Shown one piece after another: positions 38,401 through 50,600 of a stretch of DNA of 54,328 bases. The position numbers and the translations under genes were made by a program. The stretch lies in the IMG/VR virus record IMGVR_UViG_3300021602_000009, positions 1-54,328 of that record; one strand, written 5' to 3'. Below the pieces are notes generated by a model. That model was given only the letters and a program-made list of their open reading frames with translations, ran no database searches and had not been told where the DNA came from. This DNA is from a virus (Duplodnaviria > Caudoviricetes). Position 1 is the stretch's first letter, and the number at the start of each line of letters is the position of its first letter.

Positions 38401-38791
38401 GGACTTCTCACAACAAGAAAGCAATGCCGTTGCGGTGGAGCTGATTACCCGTCCGATGTATAACGAGACAGACGAACAAAAACACCTGCAACGAATGATA
38501 CTAAGAGGATTGTATTTTGGAATGAATACCGACAACTCCGAAAGTAAACCGTTCATTTCGCTTTACGGGAGCAATGATGGGTTGAACTGCATAATGTTGC
38601 GGGGATTTGCAATGCCGGATGGTAACGACAAACAGGGACGGGATTACAAGGACTTTGATTTGGGACTGATGGCACAAACAGCATTCAGAACTTATGTACT
38701 TGCCTACAGCGCAGAACTGGAAGCAGACAGTCAGATTGATGGGATAGATATGGAGGTGAGTGTGAATTATAAGAATGAGAAAATGCGTTGA
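35477..38791 (+). CDS. Tail/nozzle (DNA stabilisation-like) protein
   Basis: Large beta-rich protein after the portal, with KVSQVNNPFYYP and GQFGQYPLYVFT motifs. Confidence 0.65.
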   Translation: MKKQIDIHGLSTTSLYKDGEYLSLVNLRKKNGVLKPVTPRKVVNTLEDIYSYLFQHNLPQSDVPNLLGVRDGHVYLIGVTEPFTTVELTEVDEFKSMTQLGNLVNVLDKNGLKTLFWQNGAYNVYDIAFGGSQTDSLLGPVKVDLKVDGRNENGVRRVDYFESDSVVYGQVDYADWSLKVHVAERKNFAIGMFAKALSETKNLGYIHGYILACTAIELFDGSYILQSNPVLLGSAFVKDGYFNVNSNGVVLSWDSPEGRNPIFIPNYDNNTPDGNYMDSMNVYDFDHQTPETYSPYPNLFAYANNYYSAGRMSAGKMVSYISSNELKFKVNTNIDENYRNLIKSVSVFISSEISMYKMDSPDNTIERWNTTSTTYPENFFPKYKDNSDIIKEISNNQQFYKVHEIAFDDIKTTTENDGWVTIDLKGKLGENLKNQEPLPVDNFTHHDMVPNGQFVYNNKLHVWDYKQELFHGWPLNYFYANQGVGQFPAIHVHNAYNRQCWVRVKIKTETGISEVVRIMSGTSDEDMYSTNGILSYPDSRATEMTIYEKYQYETSGGGTIHNYTVVAQKTFKLTASDDQNFAYYIAPDLKPIALDSIATEIAAPTELNRTQIYRNGLKVSQVNNPFYYPADQTHTVGTGIIRNVATNAMRMSDGQFGQYPLYVFTTEGEYSFDTGTTIAYNRQSPASMVVAVSDIVCPTPYGVVFVGKRGVYLIQGQTVEYLSAQLEQLSPALNIGANQVNFWEFITTLKEILYDSLQNELIFVNDTNRNFVFNIDAKMWYRSTEKIDYAVQNTSPELMVSAQKEIVHTSDDIKVPAYSIPAYWSEINAEVGDIFPLIGVDCVVAKILEAGDVGYEAGIRKAYIMGATLSPGTWSDAVAYNFMGLIVPNSLVIGKIVQGGLSFPTTGSYWSVSSHLTNGISWSCDSNSLQETNKSTLLPYFSYAVVQNPKQWVAQVDVPAVYYEDGEIEIVETLKDFSQQESNAVAVELITRPMYNETDEQKHLQRMILRGLYFGMNTDNSESKPFISLYGSNDGLNCIMLRGFAMPDGNDKQGRDYKDFDLGLMAQTAFRTYVLAYSAELEADSQIDGIDMEVSVNYKNEKMR

Positions 38792-38792
38792 A

Positions 38793-38890
38793 AAACCCCT
38801 CCGCTTCGCTCGTCCCCTTCTTCGAGGGGACATTAGTAGGTAGTAGGTAGTTAGTAGTTAGTAGTAAGAGATAGTAAATAGTAAATGAAA
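38793..38890 (+). repeat. Family A REP-like repeat plus degenerate TAGTA heptamers
   Basis: Directly visible in the sequence. Confidence 0.8.
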
Positions 38891-38910
38891 AAATAGTAAA
38901 TAAAAAAGAT

Positions 38911-39555
38911 ATGTTACCGTATTTACCAATGATAGCTTCGCTTGTTTCCAGTGGATATGGAGCGATAAAGGAAGGACAGCAACGTGCAGAAATGGCACAG
39001 GAACGTCAGAAATGGAATGCCGATAATGAATCACTGTACAATCAGGATTATTACGGTGATTATACCCAGCGTGCCGATGCACAGAATGTAATCAGGCAAA
39101 TGCGCGACCAGATTAAAAGTCAGGATAAGATTGACCAGAATGTGGCTGCGGTAACAGGAGAAAGTCCCGAAGCAATTAATGCCGGAAAAGAACGCCGGAA
39201 TAAAGCTATGACCGATGTGTATGCCAATTTAGGAGCAATGGGAGCAAACTACAAAGAACGTGCGAAAGACCGCTATATAGGACGCAAACAAGCCATGCAA
39301 GGAATGGAATACGACACGATGAACCAGAATGCAGGAAGTTCAAACAACTTGCTGTATAACGGACTTAGCAGTCTGGGGGAAACGGATTGGGCAAGCGTAG
39401 TTGGTGGTGGTAAGTCGGCAGTCGGCAGTAATGCAGACGGTAGTCATCATGACGGATTTGATACAAAAACAGGTATTCCATGGAGAAGTACTTCAATTAA
39501 GCCGGAAAAAGACATGACGCAAGTATCTTCATACGTGAATACAAAACCGTGGTAA
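38911..39555 (+). CDS. Putative ejection/internal virion protein
   Basis: Gly/Ala-rich N-terminus and helical Q/A-rich body. Confidence 0.55.
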   Translation: MLPYLPMIASLVSSGYGAIKEGQQRAEMAQERQKWNADNESLYNQDYYGDYTQRADAQNVIRQMRDQIKSQDKIDQNVAAVTGESPEAINAGKERRNKAMTDVYANLGAMGANYKERAKDRYIGRKQAMQGMEYDTMNQNAGSSNNLLYNGLSSLGETDWASVVGGGKSAVGSNADGSHHDGFDTKTGIPWRSTSIKPEKDMTQVSSYVNTKPW

Positions 39556-39572
39556 CAATTAATAAAAACCCT

Positions 39573-39971
39573 ATGAAAGAACTATTGAGACGATTACAGA
39601 AGCAAATTACCGTATGGTTGGCAATACAGAAGTTGATGGTTGCGGTTAAGCTGTGCGCGAAAGTGCATAAGTTTGAAAGCAGAAATTGTGATAATCACCG
39701 TAAAGTACGTGCATGTGTTGGACTTATTGAGATGAATGTTCTCAACAAAAAAACAAAACAGGTAGAAATCAAGCAACGGTTATGGATAGTAACGCTTCGG
39801 AACTTTCAGAAGATGAAACGCAAAGGATGGTTACCAAAATACATGCGCTTTGATGAATACGGACGCAAATCGTTTTATGTGAGCAATCCGAACCGTACAT
39901 ACGCACAAGAGCAACAAGTACGCTTGTTTGCCAAAATAAAATACAAAGAACACTTAAAAGAGCAACCATGA
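39573..39971 (+). CDS. Basic hypothetical protein
   Basis: ORF within the late operon. Confidence 0.65.
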   Translation: MKELLRRLQKQITVWLAIQKLMVAVKLCAKVHKFESRNCDNHRKVRACVGLIEMNVLNKKTKQVEIKQRLWIVTLRNFQKMKRKGWLPKYMRFDEYGRKSFYVSNPNRTYAQEQQVRLFAKIKYKEHLKEQP

Positions 39972-40483
39972 CAGTAATTTATCTATATACCCACGATTCG
40001 CTTCAAAAAGCGGTGAAGTTAGAAACTTCGCTACTGGCAGAGCGCAGACGTGTACAATTTAAAGACGGCACAAGCGAAGAAATGCTTGACGACCTGGTGA
40101 TGGACGAAGAATACGACGTGATGTTCCGCAAATTGTTTCTGGAAGCACACGCCGATGTACTCTCGCATATTTCGGTGAATTACCTGATGGACACACCAAC
40201 AGACCTTTCGCCCATGCTGAATGAATTCCAGGACTTTAGTCAGGACCGTGACTTTACGATATGGATGAACATGCACGAAGACTGGCCGAAACAATACCGG
40301 AAAAGTGTAGATATAAAATTGCAACAATACCTGACTGATTATATTTGCTACCGGTGGTTAGAAACAAAAAGCCCGAACGATGCACTGACATTCCGTAGTC
40401 GGTTAGAACCCACGATAGACGATGTGAAGAGTTTGTTGATTAGGAAGACGGTGCCGTTGAAACGATGGCCGAGTTTTCCGTGA
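39968..40483 (+). CDS. Hypothetical structural protein
   Basis: ATGA overlap with the previous gene; YLTDYICYRWL motif. Confidence 0.65.
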   Translation: MTVIYLYTHDSLQKAVKLETSLLAERRRVQFKDGTSEEMLDDLVMDEEYDVMFRKLFLEAHADVLSHISVNYLMDTPTDLSPMLNEFQDFSQDRDFTIWMNMHEDWPKQYRKSVDIKLQQYLTDYICYRWLETKSPNDALTFRSRLEPTIDDVKSLLIRKTVPLKRWPSFP

Positions 40484-40490
40484 CCCCTCC

Positions 40491-40592
40491 GAACCCTTCC
40501 CCCTTCGGGTACTTCCATTGAAAAGGGAAGATTTTGGAGAACAAGAAATATAAACCCTACCCCCTGCGGGTACTCCCCTTTAAAAGTGGAGA
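40491..40592 (+). repeat. Two REP-like repeats, family B
   Basis: CCC-T-CCCCCT(T/G)CGGGTACT-CC-TT...GGAGA; further copies at about 35192 and 44024. Confidence 0.75.
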
Positions 40593-40608
40593 TTTAAAAA
40601 TAAGTACC

Positions 40609-41679
40609 ATGCCAAACACAGCAGATATATACCAGCAACAACTACAAGCACAGCAGCAAAATAACAGCGCACTTGCCGACCAGTACAAGTCGCAGGCAGA
40701 CGCTATACAAAATCAACTGAGTACATTACCCGGTTTCGATTCTAAGAAAGCATGGCAGGATTACCAGACAGGCGGAAAACCGATGCTGGAAGCGATAATG
40801 AGTAATTATCAGAAGCCTGTACCAACGCTAACGCCCGAACAAGAACAAAAAGCGAAGTATGGATCAGCCTTAACCGATACAATGAGCACATTGGCAGAGA
40901 TGTTTGCAAGCGGACAAGGTGCCATGGTGCGTAACCGTGCCAATGATCCAACCAGCACTCAAACCACCAATGCGCGACTGCAAGCCTTACAGGACAAATA
41001 CAAAAATGACCTGATGCAGTACAACCATATAAACTCCAATGTACAACTGCAAGATTGGGGACAAGCCCGACAAGATGCGAAGTACGAAAGCGAAAAACAG
41101 TACAACAATCTGTTTGCACAACTGAAACAAGCACGAGCACAGGAAGCAGCAGCCCGAAAAGCAGCAGAAACAGCGCAGAAGGAGGGAATTGATTATGGAT
41201 TGAAGAAAGACGCGCAGGATGAAACCAAAAACTATCATAACAAATCGCTATCCATTGAGCAACAGAAAGCAAATAAGGAGAAAACGGATAAGTTTTCAGG
41301 AATTATTATAAATGCTCATCCTTCAGACCCAAAAGGACAGATTGATGAAACAGGTAACAAAGTAATTCAATATCATTTGACAAAACCCGCTATACAAAAC
41401 ATAGCCGGTACAGCACAACAAGATGCTGAATTCATGGCACAAGATACAGATAAGAATTCCCCATTGTACGGTAAAATAATGGTTGATAAGCAAAGTATAC
41501 TTGGAGTACCAACAAAAGGACTTACTACCGATGAAGAATTGGCACGAATGTATAGAAAATATCGATATGATAAAGGTTTTGCGCCAAAAACAGAAGCAAT
41601 ACAAACACCATATTTATTACCGGAATTAAAGAACATAGGGAAACAACAGGGAAAAGGAAAAACAATATCTAATTTCTAA
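40609..41679 (+). CDS. Putative ejection/internal virion protein
   Basis: Q/A-rich coiled coil immediately before the giant gene. Confidence 0.6.
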   Translation: MPNTADIYQQQLQAQQQNNSALADQYKSQADAIQNQLSTLPGFDSKKAWQDYQTGGKPMLEAIMSNYQKPVPTLTPEQEQKAKYGSALTDTMSTLAEMFASGQGAMVRNRANDPTSTQTTNARLQALQDKYKNDLMQYNHINSNVQLQDWGQARQDAKYESEKQYNNLFAQLKQARAQEAAARKAAETAQKEGIDYGLKKDAQDETKNYHNKSLSIEQQKANKEKTDKFSGIIINAHPSDPKGQIDETGNKVIQYHLTKPAIQNIAGTAQQDAEFMAQDTDKNSPLYGKIMVDKQSILGVPTKGLTTDEELARMYRKYRYDKGFAPKTEAIQTPYLLPELKNIGKQQGKGKTISNF

Positions 41680-41689
41680 ACAATAAGCT

Positions 41690-44600
41690 ATGCCAACGAA
41701 CGACAAAGTACAAGCATTATACGACCAACTAACTACTGACGGTTACAATTTAGGTGATTACAATACATTTGCCACAAAGTTAGACAATCCTGAAAAAGTA
41801 AAATCACTTTATGAAGGAATAACCAAAGACGGCTATAATGTTGGTGATTTTGATACTTTCAGTTCAAAGATAGGAAGTGCGCCCATGACACGGCCACAAG
41901 AACAAAGCTACGCACTTACTCCCGAAATTAAACAAGGGATTGATATTGGCAATGGTGGAAGCGTGAAAGATGCACAGGGAAATGTATCGACACCATATCC
42001 AAGAAAAGGGACGATAGATTCAACTTCAATAAATACACCGAGCGTGGAAATTCCAGCAAGTGAACTTCCACAAGATAATAATCGAATTGTAATACCTACG
42101 CTTGATTATGGAGTTAAGCCATTACAAAACGATGCTATAAAACCATTACAGGATTACCAACCTATAAAACTTGCAACACAAAAAGAAGCAATTAATCCAA
42201 CCAATAACCCAAAAATAGACGTAAATAAACCTGCACAGGTAAAATCACGTAATTGGGATCAACGTATTTTGGACAGTGCAATACAATCAGTAAACTCATT
42301 AGGAGGTGGAGTTGAAGGCGCAATAGGTGATTATTATCAGAAGATGCAGGATATTTGGGGATTTGATTGGATGGGAAAACTTGCGGACAAATTTAGTTTA
42401 GCTTCAGCCGAAGTCAACGAAGGAGCAAAAGATTTCAAAAAAAACAATCCAGAAGAAGGACTTCCCGAAATGATTGGAGGTATTTTACCAATGGCAGCAG
42501 CTACAGTAGCCGATGTATATACCGGTGGAGCGTTAACCCCTGCCATAATGGGAACATTTGGAGTAAGTGGTTATGGTGATGGTATTCGGATGTATGACGA
42601 CATAAAATCAGCCAATGGCGAACAAGGAGACGATTTAGCGCGAACCGGTGCAGGATTAGGATATTCAGCCGTGATGCTGGGTACTATGAACGCACTCACT
42701 AAATTTGGAGTAGGAGGAGTTCAGAAACTTGCCAAAAGTGCAGTACTTCCCGAAATAATCAGCAATGTATTCAAATCAAGCCCTAAAGCCTTTGAAGGAG
42801 GAGCAAAAGAACTATTTGAAGCATACGCCAAAGCACAACCAAGTATTGCCGGTCAACTTTTGAAGAACGGAGTACACAGTGTAGCCACAATGGAAGGAAT
42901 GGAACTTTCAAAAATGGGAATTAATGCGCTTATCGGACAAAAACAAACCCTGAAAGACTGGACAAATACAGCCACAAGTGCTGCTGTTTCAGGACTTTTA
43001 TTTACAGCCGTTGCACCTTTCTCTATCAAATATGCCAACGATGCCAATTTAGCACGTATAATGGCACAGAAAGAAGTTACCATAGCAATGGACGGTAAGA
43101 ATCCGATAGAACTTATTCCAACCAAAAACGGAATGCAAGGACGTACACCGGACAATAAACTGGTAAAAGTAACACCGGAAATGGAAAACAATTCATTTAC
43201 CATTGAATCTAACCATTTTATTGATTTATTGAAGCAATTCAAACAAAGTAAAACGGTTGATCCAAACTTAGAACGCAATGTATTCTCCAATCGTGTAGCC
43301 GGAGTATTGAAAAACTTCATTACCGATAAAGGAAATATACAAGTTGCGGTAGATGAGCAGGGAAATAAACTATATATTTCGGGAAAAGACGAAAATGGCA
43401 ATTTGATTGGAGTAAATGGAAGTGGTGAAGTCCAGCCTATACCAGAAAATGCAAAGATTGAATCAGCACCAGTTGGAGATGTTCACGAATCCATAATGGC
43501 TGAATATGATAAGCAGCAGAAAAATGGGGACAAAAGGGACAACAGCGACGTTTTACAAAACGCATTGCCCGACGGTACTGATAATATGGAAAGTATAGTG
43601 AACCCCACTATACCCGAAGACATAGACCCTATCAATCCAACTTCGCATGTACAAGTTGGAATTGAAACCTTACAAACTCAACAGGCAATGGAAAAGGCGT
43701 TGGAAGGTATGGATTTTACTTTTGACCCGAAAGTGGCAGAATTAGACCCGCAAGAACAACACGCCATTTTATTACAAGTATTGGAAGATGAAAAACTGAG
43801 CGATGAACAAAAACAATCCATATCCGATTATTTAAACAGTGTTGCGGTAAGCAAACAGTTACATGCACAAAGGCAAATAGCCAGAAACAATCAACTACAG
43901 TTTGTCAATGATGAATTACGCGGTAGTGTAAATCAAAAGACCGGCACGTTGGTAAGAGCAAACATAAAAGGAGATGAAAATGCACAAAATGTGTTTGTAA
44001 CAGGTGGATTAGCCATAAAAACAACCCCTCCCCCTTCGGGTACTCCCCTTGAAACAAGTGGAGAATTGAGAGAGTTTGAAGTTGACCCTGAAAATTCTGA
44101 CGAAACAATTTTTTATAAAACCGGAAGAAAAAACGCTAACGGCACACCCGAAGTATTACCCACTACTATTGACAATTTGGAAGTAGTGGACCAATCTGAT
44201 TTAGAACAAACCATAAGCGAAACACAGGCAGCGTGGAATGACCATTTCCAAAAACAAGATAATGGAATAGATGCTGCGGTACAAGAATACTTTGCACCAA
44301 CGACCTCCCCTAACCCCTCCCAAGGAGGGGAACAAAACCAAGACCCATTGCAAGGAATTTCCAGCGGTGATACGGTGAACTACATTGATGATAATGGCGA
44401 CCAACAAAGCGGAATTATTCAGATTGATCCGGTATTAAGGCAAGAAGGGAAAGTATTTATTAATGATGAGGAGTGGCCGATGGAGAATGTGTTACCAAAA
44501 CAAAGCCAAGAGCCAAGTGCCAAGAGCCAAGATTCTGTGGACAATGGTGACGTTGCGGACAATAAGCAACAACCAACTTCACAATATCCCGAATTACAAG

Positions 44601-47600
44601 ATGGTACGCCTGATTTCAATAACATGACCGATGAACAGGTTATCAACTATACTCGTGAAACCAAAGGAGAAGAAGCAGCAAACGCCTTAGTTCAACGACA
44701 AGTAAAACGCCTACAAGGACAAATATCCGAAAATCAACGTGCTACAGCCAAGCACACCGAAGATACAAACAAACTACTTGCAAAGAGTAAAACAATGCAA
44801 GAGGACAACGCTATTGAAGCCAAACAAGCAGCCAAAGCTATAGCATTGAAAGAAGAATTTACTACTTTGAGTACTAAGTTAGCAGAAATGCAAACCTATT
44901 TACCGAAAGTAGAAGCACCTGCACCGGTTGAAACTCCACAACAAGCACCGAAATTACGCCCTGAAATTGCTCAACTGCAAAAAGAAGAAGCGGAACGGAA
45001 AGCGAAAGAAGAAGCAGTAAGCAGTAAGCAGTCAGCAGTCAGCAGTGAAGAACCAAAACCTATTGAAAGTGCAATAAATGATGAGAATCCAGCAATTTCA
45101 GGAGAAAAGAACAAAATAAATACCCCATTCCAACAACGCCAAAACAATTTGGGCGATTACGTTGACATGGAAGATTATATCCTTAGAGCAATAGCCGGAG
45201 GATTGAAATTCAAATGGAAAACGGACGGAGTAAAAAAAGGCATGGCCGATGAATTAGGATTTGGAGATAAAGTAGGAGAAAGACGAAATTATTTAAACCT
45301 GATTGACGAAAAGAACGGAATTACCCCACAAGACTTTGCTCACAACATTTGGAATGAGTATGGAGAAGATGGCAACGCAGGAGAAATACCCGGAGTTCGG
45401 AATATGACCGACCAGGACATACTGAATTTAGTGCATGATGTATTACGTGCTACCAAGAGCAATACAAGCGCATTGGAACAAGCCGAAGCCAAACGGAATA
45501 ATTTTGAACTAACCCCCGAAGATTACGGAATTTATGATAGCCTTACTCCACAAGAAATCAATTATCTGGAACAAATACCCGATGATATATTGGAATCTTA
45601 TTTGGGAATTACTAACTTTACGCCCGAACAATTAGATTATGTAACTAATTTACAAAACGAATATGGCAAAACTAACGACCAATCAGCGAATTCAAGCCCA
45701 AGTGAACGCAATCAAGGACTTGAGAGCGAAGAATCAATCCAATCTGGACAAAGCAATAGACAAGAGGTTGTCGAACAAAAATTCTTGACAGAAAAGGAGT
45801 TTATAAAACAATACCTTTTAGATTATATTGATAAAAACGGAATTTCAGAACAAGATTTTGAAGATTCAGATTCGTATGATGATATTTTCAACGAAGCATC
45901 TGACACTTATCCTGAATATATTACCGAACTTAAAAATACAGGTAAGCTGCAAGAATGGTTTGATAGCGCAAAATTGGGTGATAAAATTTCCATACGAAAA
46001 GGAACTGAAACAGCAGGTTTTGAAGTAAATGATTTTGTTGATACTAATAAAGAAAAAAACGATTCCAAAGCAAAGCGAGAAGAAGAAAAGAAAGCAGAAC
46101 AAGAAAGATTATTTAAAAGTATTGGGATTGATAAAAAGTCAAACAACCAACCTAAAGAACCAGTTTTATCTCAACCTCAACTCGATACCCAAGAACTCGA
46201 TACCTACATAGCCGAACAAGACCACAATACCAACCCTACTGACAAACAGAAGGAAACAGGCATTTACCCGAAAGCCCGTGTAAACCTACAGCACCACAAT
46301 ATAACCATTGAAACGCTGAAAGGTACCGAACGTTCAGGGATTGACGAAGGCGGTCAGAAATGGAGCGTAACCATGCAAAATCACTACGGTGAGTTAGATG
46401 GTACAGTTGGTTATGATAATGATCCGATTGATGTGTTTATTGGTCCGAATCCAAAACAAGGGGAAATCTTTGTTGTGGATCAGATTTTGCCCGATGGTTC
46501 ATTCGATGAATCAAAGGTAATGTTAGGTTTTGACAGTGCCGAAGAAGCCAAGGCAGCTTATATGAGTAATTATTCCGAAGGATGGGACGGTTTTGGCTCA
46601 ATTACTCCTGCCGGTGATAACTTCAAGGCATGGTTGTATGATGGCAAGAAACAAAAGAAACCTTTTGCAGAATATGTGGGGACACCGAAGGCGGTTGAAA
46701 CTTCCGGGGACAATGGAGATGTTGCAGACAATAAAACACAACTCACCCCTTCCGAACGTTACGACAATGCCACAACACCCGAAGAACGCCACGCGGCAGC
46801 GGTGGAGATAGTGCAAGCGTTGGAAAAGACCTTGCATGTAGGCACAACACCGGCACAGGTATTGAAAAGTACCGACGAGTTTATGTCAACGCTCAAAACG
46901 CATATATCCGATGCTGAATACCAAAAAGCAGAGCAATACCTTGCCAGCGGACAAAAATTAGCTGCGGTACGTTTAGGCGGAAAGATACTGATAAACATGG
47001 AGCATAACTTCGATGCCAAAGTATTGACCGAATCGTACATGCACGAAACAGCACACAAAGCCTTTGATGTAGCGTTTCGTGGTGAAGATTTAAGCAACCT
47101 CGACATACCAAACATTCAGGATTATATCCCTTCTGTATATTGGGGCGAAGATAACGCCATGAAAGCCACGGAAGTAGTAGCGCATTATGTAGAAGAATTA
47201 TTGAATAAATATACTCCAGAACAGATAAAAAATGGAGAAATAGACTTATCTTTGTTGAACGAAGATGTGCAATATATTGTTACCAAAACATTAAACAAAC
47301 TTACCAATGGAAAAATTGATAGTATCGGACAAGAACGGTTCAATGACCTTAGAAGTATATCCGCAAGTGATAGAGGAATACAAGCGGACGGACACAGCGG
47401 GAAAAACGATGTGGGAGAAACTGGAGATAGTAAACCAGATAACGGAAAGCCTGGGACTGAGCCAAGGTTCACCAACGGAAAAATAATATCCAAAACAAAA
47501 ACACCAATTGGAACGGAAGTAAAAGTAAAATATAAAACTCCAATAGGTGCAGAAACAAAGATATTCTATACCGATGGCGAAATACCAATGACGTTTAATA

Positions 47601-50600
47601 CAGAAGCGGACATTGACAAATTTAAAGAATCTTTAAGCGGACAAGTACAAAGTGAAATTAAGCCTGAAACCGAACGCGAAAGAATCCTACGTGAAAAGTT
47701 AGACAAACTTCGTGGTAAATTAGGAATCAATGAAAAACCGGAATATAAAATATCCGAACCTACAGGAAAACTCGATGATACTGGACAACTCGTTTCAGAC
47801 AACATATCAATCGGGAAAGACATCCCGCAAGGAGAAACCTTTGCAGAATGGCAAAAAAGCAAACTCCCTGAATGGACGGACTATGCGCTCCAAATAGTAA
47901 ATAAAGTAGCCAATAAGCAATATCTGGAACAAATGGATTTGCAGGATTTGGCAACCATTTACAATGCTGCGGTTAGAAATAATTATCAAGGGTGGGAACA
48001 AAGTGACATAAACGATGTTGTTTCTATACTTGTTCATAACAATATATTCAGGGTAAGAGATGAAGCAGAACGCAAAAGATATGAAAATATCTACCGTGCG
48101 ATTAAAAACCTTCAACCTGAATTCAAACGCCTTGACAGCGAAACAACCGATTTAGCCCTTGACATTACGGAAATGTTGTTTGAGGACGGTGATGTATCGT
48201 TCCCTGATTATTCGGCGCGGATGATTGAAGCCATGGGCGAAGGAATCAAACCGTATTTAAGCGGATTTTATGAACTTTCGAGAGTAAGCGTACCACAAGA
48301 AGGCATGACACCGGCTGCGGAAGTAGCCAATTTCGATATTAAAAACTTTAATCACAAAGAATATGTATCTAATCGACCAAGAAACAGCCAACCAAATAGC
48401 ACTCCAGCCAATGAAGTACGACCAGATGCAGACCTTATTCCAGTCAACGGAGCCGGAAGCGGAAGCATGGGAAGCAGAAGCCCGAAAAGTGGTGGAAAAA
48501 CAGTCGGACAGCCAAGTGGCAAGAGCCGTGGTGATTTACAGCCCACTTTATTTGGAGAACAAAGCGATAACGAATTATTGCCAACAGAATCCGCAGTTGA
48601 GAAACCAGCTACCGGAGATACTGACGGCAGAGGAAATGGCATTGATAGCCCAGAAAGACATCTTTTTGACGGAGGAACAAGTGAATCAGGTCATCAAGAT
48701 AACGTTGGATTACCAGAAACGTTTAAAGAGCGCACAGCCCGAAAAATAATAGAACAGCGAAACGCTGAATATATTCCGGTACAACTCATGGACGAAGCCA
48801 ACGTGCGTGAAACATTGCCGTTATTACTTCCCGAACAACAAGACGACGTATTAAAAGCCGAAAACCGTTTCTTTGGTGAGCAACACAAAACAAACGAAGC
48901 AGCGCACGGAAAAGGTATGTTATTTACCAATGGCACCGGCACCGGAAAAACCTACACCGGATTAGGCATTGCCAAACGCTTCGACAAGCAAGGAAAGAAA
49001 AACATACTTATTGTAGTACCCAGCGAAGCCAAAATAGGTGATTGGGTACAGGACGGTCAGAATATAGGACTATCCATTACTCCGCTTACTTCCACCAAAG
49101 ATGCCGGACAAAACGCAGTCATTACCACGTATGCCAATTTCAGAGCCAATGACGCGCTGAAGGATCGTGATTTTGATTTGGTCATGTACGACGAAAGCCA
49201 CCGATTGATGGAAGAAAAAAGCGGTGCCACTTCAAGTACCACCAATGCACACTACGGACATTCAAATGTATCGGAATGGCAAGCGTTTAACCGGTTACAA
49301 TCCATCAATCCGGCTTATCAGGAAATTGAAGCGTTGTATGAACAAATACGCACAGCAAGGGACAAAAGACCGTTGGAAGAAAAAGTACTTCAACTGCAAA
49401 AAGCCTATAATCAAAACGTAAAACTGGTATTACAGGAACGCGCCAAACGTGCTTATGAAAACACGAAAGTAGTATTTTTGAGTGCCACACCGTTCAAAGG
49501 ACATTTCAACCTGAAATATGCTAACGGTTCGCTGTTCGATTGGGGCAATGAAACCATTACCAACGGACGCGGCAGCCGTGTAAATCCAGAAGCACAATTC
49601 TATCTAAATAACTTTGGCAGTGCTTACGAATGGAAGTTCCATCGTTTGCAAAAGAAACAAAACTCCAATGCCGAAGCCGTGGCGATGCAGGAAATTGAAT
49701 TCTCACAGCGATTAATGGCACAAGGGGCAATGAGTGGCCGAGCAATTGAAAGCGATAAGGATTATTCGCGTGAATTCCCATTGGTAGCGTTGGACAAAGC
49801 CGAAGTATTTAATCAGGCATTAAACGAAATCTATTCGGACGAATTCGGAGAACTGAGCGAAGCAGCGCACAAAGTATTCAACGATTACAACTACACCACC
49901 AAGCTGTTTGAATCGCTCAAAGCATCTATGAACATACAGCGCATTCAGGATCATTTGGATTTAGGACGTAAAGTAATAGTTTTCCACCGCCGGAAGCAAG
50001 CCAATGTATTACCACCGTTTCAGTCGATATTAGACCAGACACGCCAATTGGCAGACCAATATGTTTCGGAAGCAGTAGAAACCAACGATATAGCCAAAAA
50101 GGCAGAGTTGATACACAAAGCCAATGAAATGCGGAAGAAGTCAGAACAGTTTGAAACAAAATACGCTGACTTACTGACATACGAACAAACATTGAACTAT
50201 GATCCGTCCATTACGCAGATAAACGAAGCATTCCCCGGACAAGTAGTAAGCATGAATGGTGATACGCCCAAAAAAGACAAATCGAAGAACGTAGCCCTGT
50301 TTAATGACGACAATTCGGGAAAGAACATTATCGTGGTACAGGAAGAAGCCGGAAAAGAAGGTATTTCGTTACACGATACGACAGGAAAACACCAGCGGGT
50401 ACTCATTAGTCTTTCGTTACCTATTTCGAGCACCACAGCCCTGCAAATTGAGGGACGGCCATATCGTATCGGTAATGAATCGGACGCAATCTTTGAATAT
50501 CCGTTGTTAGGATTAGATCAGGAAATATCCGATTTTGGACAGAAGATAAACAAAAAGCTATCCACTACCGAAAATTTAGCCATTGGCGATCAGGCGCGTG

